Source: Bacteroidales bacterium
GTDB lineage: Bacteria > Bacteroidota > Bacteroidia > Bacteroidales > P3
Length of the DNA stretch: 60,440 nt
Assembly: GCA_031272245.1 (NCBI GenBank)
Contig: JAISUE010000080.1
Span: 1-60,440, forward strand
Reading direction: 5' to 3'
Shown here: piece after piece, positions 9,084 through 19,039 of the stretch
Numbering within the stretch: the first letter of the stretch is position 1
Layout: each line of letters starts with the position of its first letter
Notes under the pieces: generated by a model
Seen by the model: only the letters and a program-made list of their open reading frames with translations
What the model was told of the DNA's origin: nothing
Databases searched by the model: none
Translations under genes and position numbers: made by a program

Positions 9084-10775
9084 GTGAGCAATAACAATGA
9101 AAAAAATAAGCAAATTCGGTTCATAAAAAATGAAATAACTTTATTTCTAATTTTCAATCTTTTGATAGTTATTTTTGTTTTTTCTTGTGCAAAAATAGGA
9201 ATGCCAACAGGGGGTAAGATAGATAAAACACCACCAAAAGATGTTAAGACAACTCCTAAAGATAATTCCATAAATTTTAATTCAAATACTTTCTCTGTTG
9301 AATTTGATGAATATATAGAATTGGATAATGTATCACAAAAACTGATAGTCTCTCCTCCATTAAATTCAAGTCCCGAAGTAAATAGCCGATTAAATAAACT
9401 TGTTGTTAAATGGTCTGATACATTAAAGCCTAATACTACATACATTTTTGATTTTAGTGATGCAATAAAAGATTTTACAGAAGGAAATAAATTAGGTATT
9501 TTTTCTTATAGTTTTTCAACCGGAGACATAATTGATAGCTTTGCTTATGTAGGAAAATGCGTTGATGCTTATAAATTAACACCCGTTAATAATAAACTTG
9601 CTCTGCTTTATAATACGGAACGTACTAAAGATATTATTAGAACGGAAAAACCAGACTATATTACTCGGCTTGATACTTTTGGTGTGTTTCGCTTTCGTAA
9701 TCTTGCTGAAGGAGCATATAATTTAATTATCCTTGATGACAAAAATCAAAACTTTATATATGATTTACCAAACGAAGCAATAGCTTTTAGCAGTTATTCT
9801 GTTATACCTTCGGTTATAAGCGACAGTGTGATAAAAACGGATACTTTACCAACGTTTTATTTTTTTGAACCGAAGGATACAAATATTACTGTTGATGCTA
9901 AAACATTGCTTTCAAACAGAAAACTCCGACTTGTGTTTTCTAATCCTGTAAAAATAGATGTGTTTAATATTAGTTTTGATAATGGAGATACTAATATATT
10001 GCAAATTTTTTCTTCAAAATACGACACTTTAATATGTTATGCATTAGGTAAAACAACATTTGATACCTTAAAAGCTGAATTAATTTTGGATAAAACGGAA
10101 GACTCTTTAATAAAAGAAAAAATAGAGTTGTATAACGTAAGTTCTAAAAATAGTCGTAATTCTAATATTCAAAAGTCAAATTTTGCCATTATTCCTCCGA
10201 AAAAAAATTTAGATTTTTTTGAAAATATAAGGCTTTCTTTACCATTTCCATGCAGTAATGGACTGAAAGTTAGTGCAAAACTTGAATACGATAGTATTTT
10301 TGATACAATAATATTTATTTGTAAAGATGATTATCTTGAAATGATGAACAAAAATTCACAAATGTTTGCCGGAAAAACATGTAAATTGACTATTGATAGT
10401 GGAAGCTTTGCTAATATTTTAGGTCAAGTGAATGACTCTTTAGCATGTTCTTTTACTTTTTCTAAACCGGAAGATTATGGCAAACTTACAATAATTTTGA
10501 ATAGTGATTTGCAAAATCTTATTGTAGTGCTTGAAAATATGCAAGGTAAAGAACTAATTACTAAAATAGCACATGGAAACGCAAAAGTTGTGTTTGAAAA
10601 TCTTAAAGAAGAAAAATATAAAATAAAGGTTATTATTGACAAAAACGGCAATGGTATTTGGGATATTGGGAATTTTGATAATGATATTCAACCTGAAACA
10701 GTAAAATATTTTGATAAAATAATAACTGTTCGTAAAAATTGGGAAATAGAAGAAACTTTTTTCATACAAGACTAA
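9084..10775 (+). CDS. Ig-like (Big_5/SbsA-type) domain lipoprotein
   Basis: Lipobox-like VFSCAK, then PTGGKIDKTPPKDVKTTPKDNS...FSVEFDEYIEL, typical of Bacteroidota Ig-like-domain lipoproteins. The start is GTG in the track, so the exact start is uncertain. Confidence 0.65.
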   Translation: MSNNNEKNKQIRFIKNEITLFLIFNLLIVIFVFSCAKIGMPTGGKIDKTPPKDVKTTPKDNSINFNSNTFSVEFDEYIELDNVSQKLIVSPPLNSSPEVNSRLNKLVVKWSDTLKPNTTYIFDFSDAIKDFTEGNKLGIFSYSFSTGDIIDSFAYVGKCVDAYKLTPVNNKLALLYNTERTKDIIRTEKPDYITRLDTFGVFRFRNLAEGAYNLIILDDKNQNFIYDLPNEAIAFSSYSVIPSVISDSVIKTDTLPTFYFFEPKDTNITVDAKTLLSNRKLRLVFSNPVKIDVFNISFDNGDTNILQIFSSKYDTLICYALGKTTFDTLKAELILDKTEDSLIKEKIELYNVSSKNSRNSNIQKSNFAIIPPKKNLDFFENIRLSLPFPCSNGLKVSAKLEYDSIFDTIIFICKDDYLEMMNKNSQMFAGKTCKLTIDSGSFANILGQVNDSLACSFTFSKPEDYGKLTIILNSDLQNLIVVLENMQGKELITKIAHGNAKVVFENLKEEKYKIKVIIDKNGNGIWDIGNFDNDIQPETVKYFDKIITVRKNWEIEETFFIQD

Positions 10776-10942
10776 TTCTTTATAAAGTACAAGTAAAATA
10801 TTTCTGCATAATTTTTTTGTTTTTACTTATAAAAACAAAAATTTACTTATAAAAATAGTGTGTAAAAATAAAAAAATATATACTTTATTTTAATTTTTTA
10901 CTGTTTTTTCTTATTATTTCTTTACTTCAAAACAAAATTTAT

Positions 10943-10950
10943 TACTTTTG
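10943..10950 (+). promoter_or_regulatory. -7 box TACTTTTG
   Basis: Exact TAnnTTTG match 43 nt upstream of the ATG at 10993. Confidence 0.5.
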
Positions 10951-10992
10951 CAGCTTCAAAATAATATAAATATAACCAAATAAATTAGTAAA

Positions 10993-12432
10993 ATGATAAG
11001 TATAGAAAAGATATTAACAGCAAAACAGGGAATTTCAACTCTTTTAATTTTCAATGAAAAGGACAACATTGGAAATTCTTTGTTAAATTCTGAACAGCAA
11101 GGCTATATAATGACACAGTTAAAACAAAATGAACGTACTTTTTTTACTTTCAATATGTTTTCATACTGGATTATTGTTGCTTTTATTAAAGAAAAAGCAA
11201 CACACTATGAAACAATAGAAGAGTTTCGTAAACTTGGAGGTAAAGTTTTAGACTTTTGTGATAGTGAATTCATTGTTGATTTACAGGCTGTTTCTTCTAT
11301 TGGAAAAGAAGAAATGCTTGGTTTTGCCGAAGGAATGATGATAAATTCATATACTTTTGACAACTATAAAAATGATCCTAAACGTTTAATACATCCCTTT
11401 GATCATTTATATTTGTGTAATAATGAGATAAATACGAATGATATTGAGAGATTGTTAACTGTTGCATGTGCAATGGAAAAGTGTAGAGATTTGGTTAATG
11501 AGCCTGTGTGTGCATTAAATGCGGAAGCGTTGGCTGCGGCATTTGTTGATTTGTCAAATGAGGCAGGGGTTTCAGTTGAAGTGTTGCTTAAAAATGAAAT
11601 TGAAAATAAAAAAATGGGAGGTTTACTTGCTGTAAATAAAGGCAGTATGGATACACCTACTTTCACAATAATGCAATACAAACCGGAAAATGCAAAAAAT
11701 AAACAGCCATTGGTTTTAGTTGGCAAAGGAATAGTTTATGATACCGGAGGATTAAATTTGAAACCGGGTGATTATATGAACGATATGAAAGAGGATATGG
11801 CAGGAGCAGCAATGATGGCTTGTGCTATTTATGCTATTGCTCGCTTGAATTTGCCAATTTATGTGGTAGGGTTATTCCCTGCAACAGACAATCGTCCATC
11901 CGGTAATGCTTATGCAAGTGGGGACATAATAAATATGTATGATGGTACAAATGTGGAAGTGGGTAATACAGATGCTGAGGGCAGAATAATTTTGGCAGAT
12001 GCATTAAGCTATGCGAAACAATTTGCACCTCTTTTGACCATAGATGCGGCTACATTAACAGGTTCAGCTTCTCGTACGTTAGGTCCTTTCGGTATAGCAG
12101 CCATAGAAAAAGATGCTGCAAATTTTATGAATTTAATTAAAGATTGTGGAAATGATGTTTATGAACGAATAGCAGAATTTCCATTTTGGAGCGAATATGA
12201 TGAGTTAATAAAGAGTGATATAGCAGACATTAAGAATGTTACTGAAACAGCCGGTATGATTACTGCTGGAAAATTTCTTGCATATTTCACTAACTATCCG
12301 TTTATTCATTTAGATATAGCAGGAGTAGCAATGAGCAATAAAAAAACTTCTTATAGAGGTTTGGGTGCAACAGGCTATGGTGTTCGCTTAATCGTACATT
12401 TTGCAGAAAAATTAACCCACAACTTAAAATAA
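10993..12432 (+). CDS. pepA: leucyl aminopeptidase (M17)
   Basis: VGKGIVYDTGGLNLKP and NTDAEGRIILADAL signature motifs. Confidence 0.9.
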   Translation: MISIEKILTAKQGISTLLIFNEKDNIGNSLLNSEQQGYIMTQLKQNERTFFTFNMFSYWIIVAFIKEKATHYETIEEFRKLGGKVLDFCDSEFIVDLQAVSSIGKEEMLGFAEGMMINSYTFDNYKNDPKRLIHPFDHLYLCNNEINTNDIERLLTVACAMEKCRDLVNEPVCALNAEALAAAFVDLSNEAGVSVEVLLKNEIENKKMGGLLAVNKGSMDTPTFTIMQYKPENAKNKQPLVLVGKGIVYDTGGLNLKPGDYMNDMKEDMAGAAMMACAIYAIARLNLPIYVVGLFPATDNRPSGNAYASGDIINMYDGTNVEVGNTDAEGRIILADALSYAKQFAPLLTIDAATLTGSASRTLGPFGIAAIEKDAANFMNLIKDCGNDVYERIAEFPFWSEYDELIKSDIADIKNVTETAGMITAGKFLAYFTNYPFIHLDIAGVAMSNKKTSYRGLGATGYGVRLIVHFAEKLTHNLK

Positions 12433-12467
12433 TAATAACTTTAAAACACATTAACAGACTTTTAATT

Positions 12468-13769
12468 ATGATTAAAAATAAAAAATTAAAACGCTATGCG
12501 TTATGTTTCTCGCTTGTTGCGGGATTATCAATGAACACTTTGCTTTCACAAAATCTTATAATAGGTCTTTCAGGTAGTGGTGCAGAAAACGATCCTGTAT
12601 TATTAAGCAATGCTGATGATTTAAGGCTTTTGTCTGCCTTTATTTACAATGATGTTGATTATTCAACGGCAACTGCCAATAAATATTTCAAACTGACTAA
12701 CAATATTACCTTTGGTGAGCCTATCTATGACCTTGACGGAGATGGCATTAAAGAATCAAATATGATACCTATAGGAGGAAGAAGAGATTCTGTTACCGCA
12801 AGTGATTACAGGTTATTTCAAGGTATTTTCAATGGTGATGGACATATTATTCGCAATATGCAAATTCTCTACGATACCACTGTAGGTTTTGTTGGATTAT
12901 TTGGTTGTACTTGGGGAGCAACTATTGAGAATGTTGGTATAGAAAGCAGTTCTTTTAAGGGAGCGGGATGTGTCGCTGCATTGAGCGGACAAATCAATTA
13001 TGCTTCCAATATAAATGCTTGTTTTGTAAGAAAATGTAATGTAGAGGGCAACTATCTTTTTGTAGGTGGCTTATGTGGTGCTGCTTATTCAGGCTCTACA
13101 ATTAAAAATTCTTACATTACCTCTTCTAATGTTATCGGAACGAATTTTGTTGGAGGTTTACTTGGTATTAATAGCGTTAATCAAGACAATATTAGTTTTG
13201 TTACTAATTCTTATTCATTTACTAATGTTTGGACAACTAATAATTCTTCTTATTACGGAGGTTTTTGTGGCTATTCAACTAATGATACAGCTATCATAAA
13301 CTGTTATTACAACGATAATTGGCAACAATCAGATTCTGCAGAATCAGGATTATATTCTTTGAGAGGTAATGTTAAAACATTGCTTGAAATGCAAAATGAT
13401 CAATTTGTTGATACTTTAAACAATGAACAGGATTCTCTCTATTGGAAAATAGCTGTTGTTGTTAATAAGTCTTTGCCAATACTTTATTGGGAGGAAGACG
13501 CAGAAAACTTTTTGGAAATAGTATCTAATGAAAACAGTATAAGTATATATCCTAATCCTGCAACAGAAAAGGTTTTCATATCGTTAAAAGATGATTTTTC
13601 TAACAAATCTGTTTGTTTGTATGATGTTTTTGGCAGAATGATTGCAAAACAGCAAGTTTATGAAGCTAAAACAGAATTGGATATAAGTAAAATTCCTGTT
13701 GGGACATATCTTGTTTCAATAATAAGAGAAGGTATAATTGTTGCTAAAAATAAATTAGTTAAAAAATAA
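12468..13769 (+). CDS. secreted GLUG-motif repeat protein with T9SS type A C-terminal sorting domain
   Basis: Signal peptide. Repeated GLUG-like motifs (FVGLFG, FVGGLCG, FVGGLLG, YYGGFCG). CTD reads IYPNPATEKVFISL...GTYLVSIIREG. Starts 35 nt after pepA. Confidence 0.75.
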   Translation: MIKNKKLKRYALCFSLVAGLSMNTLLSQNLIIGLSGSGAENDPVLLSNADDLRLLSAFIYNDVDYSTATANKYFKLTNNITFGEPIYDLDGDGIKESNMIPIGGRRDSVTASDYRLFQGIFNGDGHIIRNMQILYDTTVGFVGLFGCTWGATIENVGIESSSFKGAGCVAALSGQINYASNINACFVRKCNVEGNYLFVGGLCGAAYSGSTIKNSYITSSNVIGTNFVGGLLGINSVNQDNISFVTNSYSFTNVWTTNNSSYYGGFCGYSTNDTAIINCYYNDNWQQSDSAESGLYSLRGNVKTLLEMQNDQFVDTLNNEQDSLYWKIAVVVNKSLPILYWEEDAENFLEIVSNENSISIYPNPATEKVFISLKDDFSNKSVCLYDVFGRMIAKQQVYEAKTELDISKIPVGTYLVSIIREGIIVAKNKLVKK

Positions 13770-13814
13770 CATATTTTACTTATTATTATTTTAAGAGAAA
13801 GTGGATTATAAATA

Positions 13815-13852
13815 AAAGAGGCTGTTGTTTAATAATTAGACAGCCTCTTTTT
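13815..13852 (+). terminator. rho-independent terminator
   Basis: Stem AAAGAGGCTG (13815-13824) / CAGCCTCTTT (13841-13850) followed by T residues. Confidence 0.65.
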
Positions 13853-13933
13853 ATATGTTAAAGTGTAAGTATAATTTATTCTTTTTTAAGGTAATATAAT
13901 TTTTACTGTATTTAAATTTTGGTTTCACAGCAT

Positions 13934-13967
13934 AAAAAAAAGATTAATCAGGAATTAATCTTTTTTT
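13934..13967. terminator. bidirectional hairpin terminator (A-tract / stem / T-tract)
   Basis: A8-GATTAAT loop ATTAATC-T7. It lies between convergent genes and is probably the ruvB terminator. Confidence 0.5.
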
Positions 13968-14105
13968 ATCAAAAATTAATGTTTTATTTATCAAGAATTA
14001 ATATTTTTTATTCATATAAAATAGTTTTTGAGGTGGTATTTTTTGCTTCAATTATGAAAATATATTTTAAGCATGCTTTCAAAAATATGATTTAAGAATT
14101 TAAGT

Positions 14106-15131
14106 CTAAAATAAGTCGCTTTGATTTTTTTTAGAAAATTGTTTTCCAAGATGTTGATATGCTAACATTGTAGCTTCTCTACCCCGAGGAGTTCTCATAA
14201 GAAAACCTTCCTGTATAAGAAATGGTTCATATACTTCTTCTATTGTGCCAACATCTTCTCCGACAGCGGTAGCAATAGTAGTAATTCCTACAGGACCTCC
14301 TTTAAATTTATTTATTATTGAAGAAAGAATCCGATTATCCATCTCATCCAAACCGTTTTTATCAACATTTAAAGCTTCTAAAGCAATGCGAGCAATTTCT
14401 AATGTTATAGTTCCATCGCCTTTTATTTGAGCAAAATCTCTTACTCTGCGTAACAAAAGATTTGCAATACGTGGTGTGCCTCTTGAACGGCGAGATATTT
14501 CAATAGCAGCTTCATTATTGATAGGAGTTTTAAGTATGGAAGCAGAACGTTTGATTATAGAGTTGAGAGTTTGATGATCATAGTATTGCAAACGACAATT
14601 TATTCCAAATCGCGAACGTAACGGTGCAGTAAGCAAACCTGAACGAGTTGTTGCTCCTATTAAAGTAAATGGACTTAAACTGATTTGAACACTTCTTGCA
14701 TTGGGACCGCTTTCTATTAGTATGTCTATTTTGTAATCTTCCATTGCTGAATACAAATATTCTTCTACAACAGGTGATAATCTGTGTATTTCATCTATAA
14801 AAAGAACATCATTTTCTTCAAGATTTGTTAGTATTCCTGCAAGTTCACCAGGTTTATCCAATACAGGACCTGATGTAAGTTTTAAATTAACATTTAATTC
14901 ATTTGCTATGATATGAGAGAGAGTTGTTTTTCCAAGTCCGGGAGGTCCATGTAATAAAACATGATCTAAACTTTCTCCTCGTTCTTTTGCAGCGGAAACA
15001 AAAATTTTAAGATTGTCTATTATTTGATTTTGGCCGGCAAAACCATCAAACTGCGAAGGTCGCAAGGCTTTTTCATATTCTCTTTCTGATGCATTTAGCC
15101 GTGATATATTTGGATTTAAATTATCATTCAT
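14106..15131 (-). CDS. ruvB: Holliday junction branch migration DNA helicase RuvB
   Basis: Walker [10 protein letters not shown], Walker B DEIHRL, and sensor/arginine-finger regions. 341 aa. Confidence 0.95.
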   Translation of the reverse strand: MNDNLNPNISRLNASEREYEKALRPSQFDGFAGQNQIIDNLKIFVSAAKERGESLDHVLLHGPPGLGKTTLSHIIANELNVNLKLTSGPVLDKPGELAGILTNLEENDVLFIDEIHRLSPVVEEYLYSAMEDYKIDILIESGPNARSVQISLSPFTLIGATTRSGLLTAPLRSRFGINCRLQYYDHQTLNSIIKRSASILKTPINNEAAIEISRRSRGTPRIANLLLRRVRDFAQIKGDGTITLEIARIALEALNVDKNGLDEMDNRILSSIINKFKGGPVGITTIATAVGEDVGTIEEVYEPFLIQEGFLMRTPRGREATMLAYQHLGKQFSKKNQSDLF

Positions 15132-15207
15132 AATAATTTTTTATTTTTATATTTGCATAATTAAAATAAAGTACTTAAATTTGCTGTCGCAAATCTGATT
15201 GAAAATG

Positions 15208-15215
15208 CAAAGGTA
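15208..15215 (-). promoter_or_regulatory. -7 box TACCTTTG (minus strand)
   Basis: CAAAGGTA on the + strand, 77 nt upstream of the ruvB ATG. Confidence 0.4.
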
Positions 15216-15268
15216 ATAACTTTTTTTAAGTACATTTTTGCATTGAAATCTTAAAAACTTGTTTAGTT

Positions 15269-16090
15269 ATGATGAAAGAAATTATTGTAGGAATTGATTT
15301 TTCCTCAACTTCTGAACGGGCACTTCATTTGGCAATAGACATTGCCAACAGAACTGGTGCAGACATTTTAATGGTATGGGTAGAAGTTGCAGGAGAAACA
15401 AAAGAAGAAGTAAATGCGAGATTTGAAAATCTTATTGCTGCGTGTAAGCCTTTGCTTGGCAATAAGAATATTTCATACGTTATCGCAGAAGGAAAAGTTT
15501 GTAATGCTTTGAACGAAGTTACTCGTAAAAGAAAAGCAGACTTAATGGTTATAGGCACACATGGTAAAAGTGGGTTTGATGAAACTTTTGCAGGTGCTAA
15601 CGCTTACAAAACAATAGCAGGTTGTCCTGTTCCTGTTTTAACAATACGTGAAACTTTTGATTTTGATAAAGCGTTGGAAAAAATTGTTTTACCTATTGAC
15701 AGTACAGCCGATACTCGTCAAAAAGTACCTTGGACAATTGAATTTGCAAAGATGTTTCCAAATGCTGTAATCAATGTATTAGGGTTGTTTTCATACAAAT
15801 CAAATGATATGCGTCGCATAGTGAAAGGTTATGTAAGCAGTGTGGAGAAATTATTAATAGATAAAAGAATGCAATACACTGTTGAATATAGGGATAGTGA
15901 AAATTCTACTCTTACTACTATTGATTATGCTAAGGAAATTTCTGCCGATATGATTGTAATTATGAAAGAACAAGAGAAAACATTTACTAATCTTTTGTTT
16001 CTTGGACCTTACGCTTTGCAAATGATAAATCTTTCTCCTTATCCTGTTTTAACCGTTCCTTCAAGAATGATAAATGATGCAGGCAGATAG
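15269..16090 (+). CDS. tandem universal stress protein (UspA family)
   Basis: Two Usp domains: IIVGIDFSSTSERAL...LMVIGTHGKSG and IVLPIDSTADT...MIVIMKEQEK...VLTVP. Confidence 0.8.
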   Translation: MMKEIIVGIDFSSTSERALHLAIDIANRTGADILMVWVEVAGETKEEVNARFENLIAACKPLLGNKNISYVIAEGKVCNALNEVTRKRKADLMVIGTHGKSGFDETFAGANAYKTIAGCPVPVLTIRETFDFDKALEKIVLPIDSTADTRQKVPWTIEFAKMFPNAVINVLGLFSYKSNDMRRIVKGYVSSVEKLLIDKRMQYTVEYRDSENSTLTTIDYAKEISADMIVIMKEQEKTFTNLLFLGPYALQMINLSPYPVLTVPSRMINDAGR

Positions 16091-16562
16091 AACAGATAAA
16101 CAATCCATTTGCTTTTATCCGTTGTTTTTGATAGGATTATTTATCTTTTTATACCATTTGCCTGCAGTAGCACAAATAGAAGTTGTTGCAGATGGGCGGT
16201 TACAAACTTTACTTGAACAACATATAGCTTATAGTGAAGCTTCAAAAACAATCCGTGGTTTTCGTATAAAAGTAGCAACTTTCACAGGGCAGGGAGCAAA
16301 GAATAAGGCATATAGTGTTAGAGATAAATTGCAGTTGTTGTATCCCTTGGAAAGAACTTATGTAACTTTTGATGAACCTCATTTTATAATTCGTTTTGGT
16401 GATTATATTACGCGTTTAGAGGCTTATCGCAACTTTGCTGATATAAAAGCATTGTATCCAACAGCAATAATAACGCGTGATTTTATAAATCTTCCACCAT
16501 TGACAGAAGAAGATCTCAAACAGCCTGAATATTTTGAACCTGATGAAAGTGAAGTAGAATAA
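16074..16562 (+). CDS. SPOR domain protein
   Basis: TM/signal segment plus a SPOR-like C-terminus (FRIKVATFTGQGAKNKA...FIIRFGDYITRLEAYRNFADIKALYP). Overlaps the usp 3' end by 17 nt. Confidence 0.7.
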   Translation: MMQADRTDKQSICFYPLFLIGLFIFLYHLPAVAQIEVVADGRLQTLLEQHIAYSEASKTIRGFRIKVATFTGQGAKNKAYSVRDKLQLLYPLERTYVTFDEPHFIIRFGDYITRLEAYRNFADIKALYPTAIITRDFINLPPLTEEDLKQPEYFEPDESEVE

Positions 16563-16659
16563 AATTAAATACTTTGTTTAATTGATAGCCAATAAGGAAA
16601 TATAGTTAACAAATAGGATTTAATACATTGAAGAGTATGAGGAAATACATATTTTTCCT

Positions 16660-16667
16660 TACTTTTG
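16660..16667 (+). promoter_or_regulatory. -7 box TACTTTTG
   Basis: Exact TAnnTTTG match 71 nt upstream of the ATG at 16738. Confidence 0.45.
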
Positions 16668-16737
16668 CTGCAAAAATTCAAAACTTATAATAAAAAAGTG
16701 CGATAAAATACAGTAAAAATGCGAAAATGGAATAAAA

Positions 16738-17298
16738 ATGAAATATTTTGGTAAATTTATTCTCTGGATTTTTGGTTGGAAATTTGAAGGTTTTCCTCAA
16801 AAGGAAATGAAAAACTGTGTATTTATTGAAGCTCCACATACTTCAATGTGGGATTTTGTTTTTGGACGTTGTGGTCTTTGGATACTTGGAGTGAATGCTC
16901 ATTTTTTCATTAAGAGAGAAATGTTTTTTTTTCCATTAGGATTTTTTTTAAAAGCATTAGGTGGTGTTCCTGTTAATAGGAAAAAAGGATTGAATTCTAT
17001 TGATATAGCTGTTGATAAATTAAAAAATAATAAAGACTTTTCTATTATAATTACACCTGAGGGAACAAGAAAATACACAGAAAATTGGAAAAAAGGATTT
17101 TATGTTATAGCACAAAAAGCAAATGTTCCCATATATCTTTCGTTTTTAAATTATAAGAAAAAAATTGCTTCATCGGGAGAATTATTTTTTCCAACAGGAG
17201 ATTATGAAAAGGATTTAGCCTATATACAGAATTTTTATAGAGATAAAGAGGCTAAATATCCTGAGAATTTTAACATGAGTAAGTTGTATCAGAAATAA
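16738..17298 (+). CDS. 1-acyl-sn-glycerol-3-phosphate acyltransferase-like (PlsC family)
   Basis: HxxxxD motif (HTSMWD) and PEGTR motif. Confidence 0.75.
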   Translation: MKYFGKFILWIFGWKFEGFPQKEMKNCVFIEAPHTSMWDFVFGRCGLWILGVNAHFFIKREMFFFPLGFFLKALGGVPVNRKKGLNSIDIAVDKLKNNKDFSIIITPEGTRKYTENWKKGFYVIAQKANVPIYLSFLNYKKKIASSGELFFPTGDYEKDLAYIQNFYRDKEAKYPENFNMSKLYQK

Positions 17299-17319
17299 AA
17301 TTATAAATTTAGAAAAAAT

Positions 17320-17853
17320 ATGAATACATCAGAAGAATATGATCAAATTATAAATAATTGTCGCAGAATTTTTGCCGCAAAATTGGGAGATTATGGTGCT
17401 TCGTGGCGTATATTTCGGTTGTCATCTATCACAGATCAATTATTTATTAAAGCTAATCGCATAAGAACTATTGAAGATAAAGGAGTACAATTAGTAGATG
17501 ATGATATAAGGAGTGAATTTGGCGGGATAATAAATTATTGTGTTATAGCTCTCATTCAAATGGAACTGGGGGTTTCGGATAATGGACATATAGAAGAAAC
17601 AAAAGCTTTAGACCTTTATAATAAATATATTCTTCAGGCAAAAAATTTAATGCTAAAAAAGAATCACGATTATGATGAATCATGGAGACAACTCCGTATA
17701 TCTTCAATCACGGATTTGATTCTTGTAAAAATTCTTCGTCTAAAACAAATAGAAGATAATAAAGGTAAAGTTTCTGTGAGTGAAGGAGCGGATTCCAATT
17801 ATTTGGATATAATAAATTATGCGGCTTTTGCTTCAATACGTCTTTGTAAATAA
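17320..17853 (+). CDS. DUF1599 domain protein
   Basis: Two internal repeats of the DYG.SWR...SSITD...K..R pattern (YGASWRIFRLSSITDQLFIKANRIR and YDESWRQLRISSITDLILVKILRLK). Confidence 0.7.
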   Translation: MNTSEEYDQIINNCRRIFAAKLGDYGASWRIFRLSSITDQLFIKANRIRTIEDKGVQLVDDDIRSEFGGIINYCVIALIQMELGVSDNGHIEETKALDLYNKYILQAKNLMLKKNHDYDESWRQLRISSITDLILVKILRLKQIEDNKGKVSVSEGADSNYLDIINYAAFASIRLCK

Positions 17854-18062
17854 AAACTAAAAACCATACATATTTCTATTTATTTTAAAATAACTATCTA
17901 TATGTTAATCTTACATTAATATTTTTATCTGCTAAAACATATTCAAATAGGTTATAGAGGGGTGTGTTAATATCAATTTTGAGTAATTTTTTCTATTTAC
18001 AGGGTTTATAATGTGAAAATTATTATATTCATTATCAATTTGTTCCATAAAATGAGACAAAC

Positions 18063-18102
18063 TTTTTTCTGTTATGAAACATTTTTTTTCTGTTATGAAA
18101 CA
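18063..18102 (+). repeat. two direct copies of TTTTTTCTGTTATGAAACA, 21-bp register
   Basis: Copies at 18063-18081 and 18084-18102. Each contains TGTT-N4-AACA. They lie just upstream of the -7 box of the T9SS cargo island. Confidence 0.8.
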
Positions 18103-18122
18103 CGAAATTGAAAATTTTGTCT

Positions 18123-18130
18123 TATGTTTG
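18123..18130 (+). promoter_or_regulatory. -7 box TATGTTTG
   Basis: Exact TAnnTTTG match 33 nt upstream of the ATG at 18163. It is the only such box before the four-gene island. Confidence 0.5.
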
Positions 18131-18162
18131 CAAGCAATATAACAAATAAATAATATAAAGTT

Positions 18163-19017
18163 ATGAAAAAAATTTTTATCTTTATCCTTGCAGTAGGATT
18201 TTCATCTTGGGTTTTTTCTCAAAATACTATTTATTATCCTTCTATTTTTAACATTGGAGAGTGTGCGTATTTAGATACTAATAAATATGTATATCCGGCA
18301 CAAGATCAAAGCGGTAATCCGTATTTAATAACAGGTTCAGGTGTTTTTGGTGGCGTTGCTCAAACATATTCATTATCATCAGAACAAAACATTGTAGGGG
18401 TATATTTTTTGATGGTTAAGGCACAAGACGGAGTAAATACAGAAGCAAAGATTCAATTATTAGACGATTTTGCATCAGATGTTTTGGCAGAAGTATCTTA
18501 CAGTTCTGATGAGATAGGTTTGAATCTGCCGGAATATTACCAATACTTTTTCTCTCATGGAGTAAGTGTAAAAGATTTTGTTATAGGAGTTCGTTTTCCT
18601 CAGTTTTCTGCAAACAATACTGCAGCTGTTATTATTCCAACAACAAAAGATGGATGTTCCGAAGGCTTACCGGCGTATGTATATTATCAAAATCAATGGC
18701 AAGATATAGAACAATTATATAATCTCAATTTTAATCTGTTTGTATTTCCTATAATTAATGCTGTTGGATTAGAAAATATTGATGTTAATTCATTGAGTTA
18801 TGTTTATCCAAATCCAGCAGATAACAATGTATTTGTTGCATCTTCAATAAAGATTAACAATATTGAAATTTACAATACTATTGGACAACGGATTTATTCA
18901 GATTATGTAAATGATTTATCTGTTAAAATAAATACAGTTGATTGGTCTTCCGGAACATATATTGTAAAAATATATACAGATAATGGAATGGCAACAAAAA
19001 AAATAATGAAACATTAA
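18163..19017 (+). CDS. secreted protein with T9SS type A C-terminal sorting domain (284 aa)
   Basis: Signal peptide MKKIFIFILAVGFSSWVFSQ. About 200 aa of unassigned domain. CTD reads VYPNPADNNVFV...GTYIVKIYTDNGMATKK. Confidence 0.8.
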   Translation: MKKIFIFILAVGFSSWVFSQNTIYYPSIFNIGECAYLDTNKYVYPAQDQSGNPYLITGSGVFGGVAQTYSLSSEQNIVGVYFLMVKAQDGVNTEAKIQLLDDFASDVLAEVSYSSDEIGLNLPEYYQYFFSHGVSVKDFVIGVRFPQFSANNTAAVIIPTTKDGCSEGLPAYVYYQNQWQDIEQLYNLNFNLFVFPIINAVGLENIDVNSLSYVYPNPADNNVFVASSIKINNIEIYNTIGQRIYSDYVNDLSVKINTVDWSSGTYIVKIYTDNGMATKKIMKH

Positions 19018-19039
19018 TCATAAAAATATCATAATTAAA

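Noticed and set aside
9002-9445. 147-aa minus-strand ORF
   Set aside because: It overlaps the tRNA-Arg gene and the 5' part of the Ig-like lipoprotein gene. Its composition is that of an antisense reading frame.
10813-10855. AT-only hairpin and TTTACTTATAAAAA direct repeat after the Ig-like gene
   Set aside because: The stem has a single G-C pair and is indistinguishable from chance in DNA this AT-rich.
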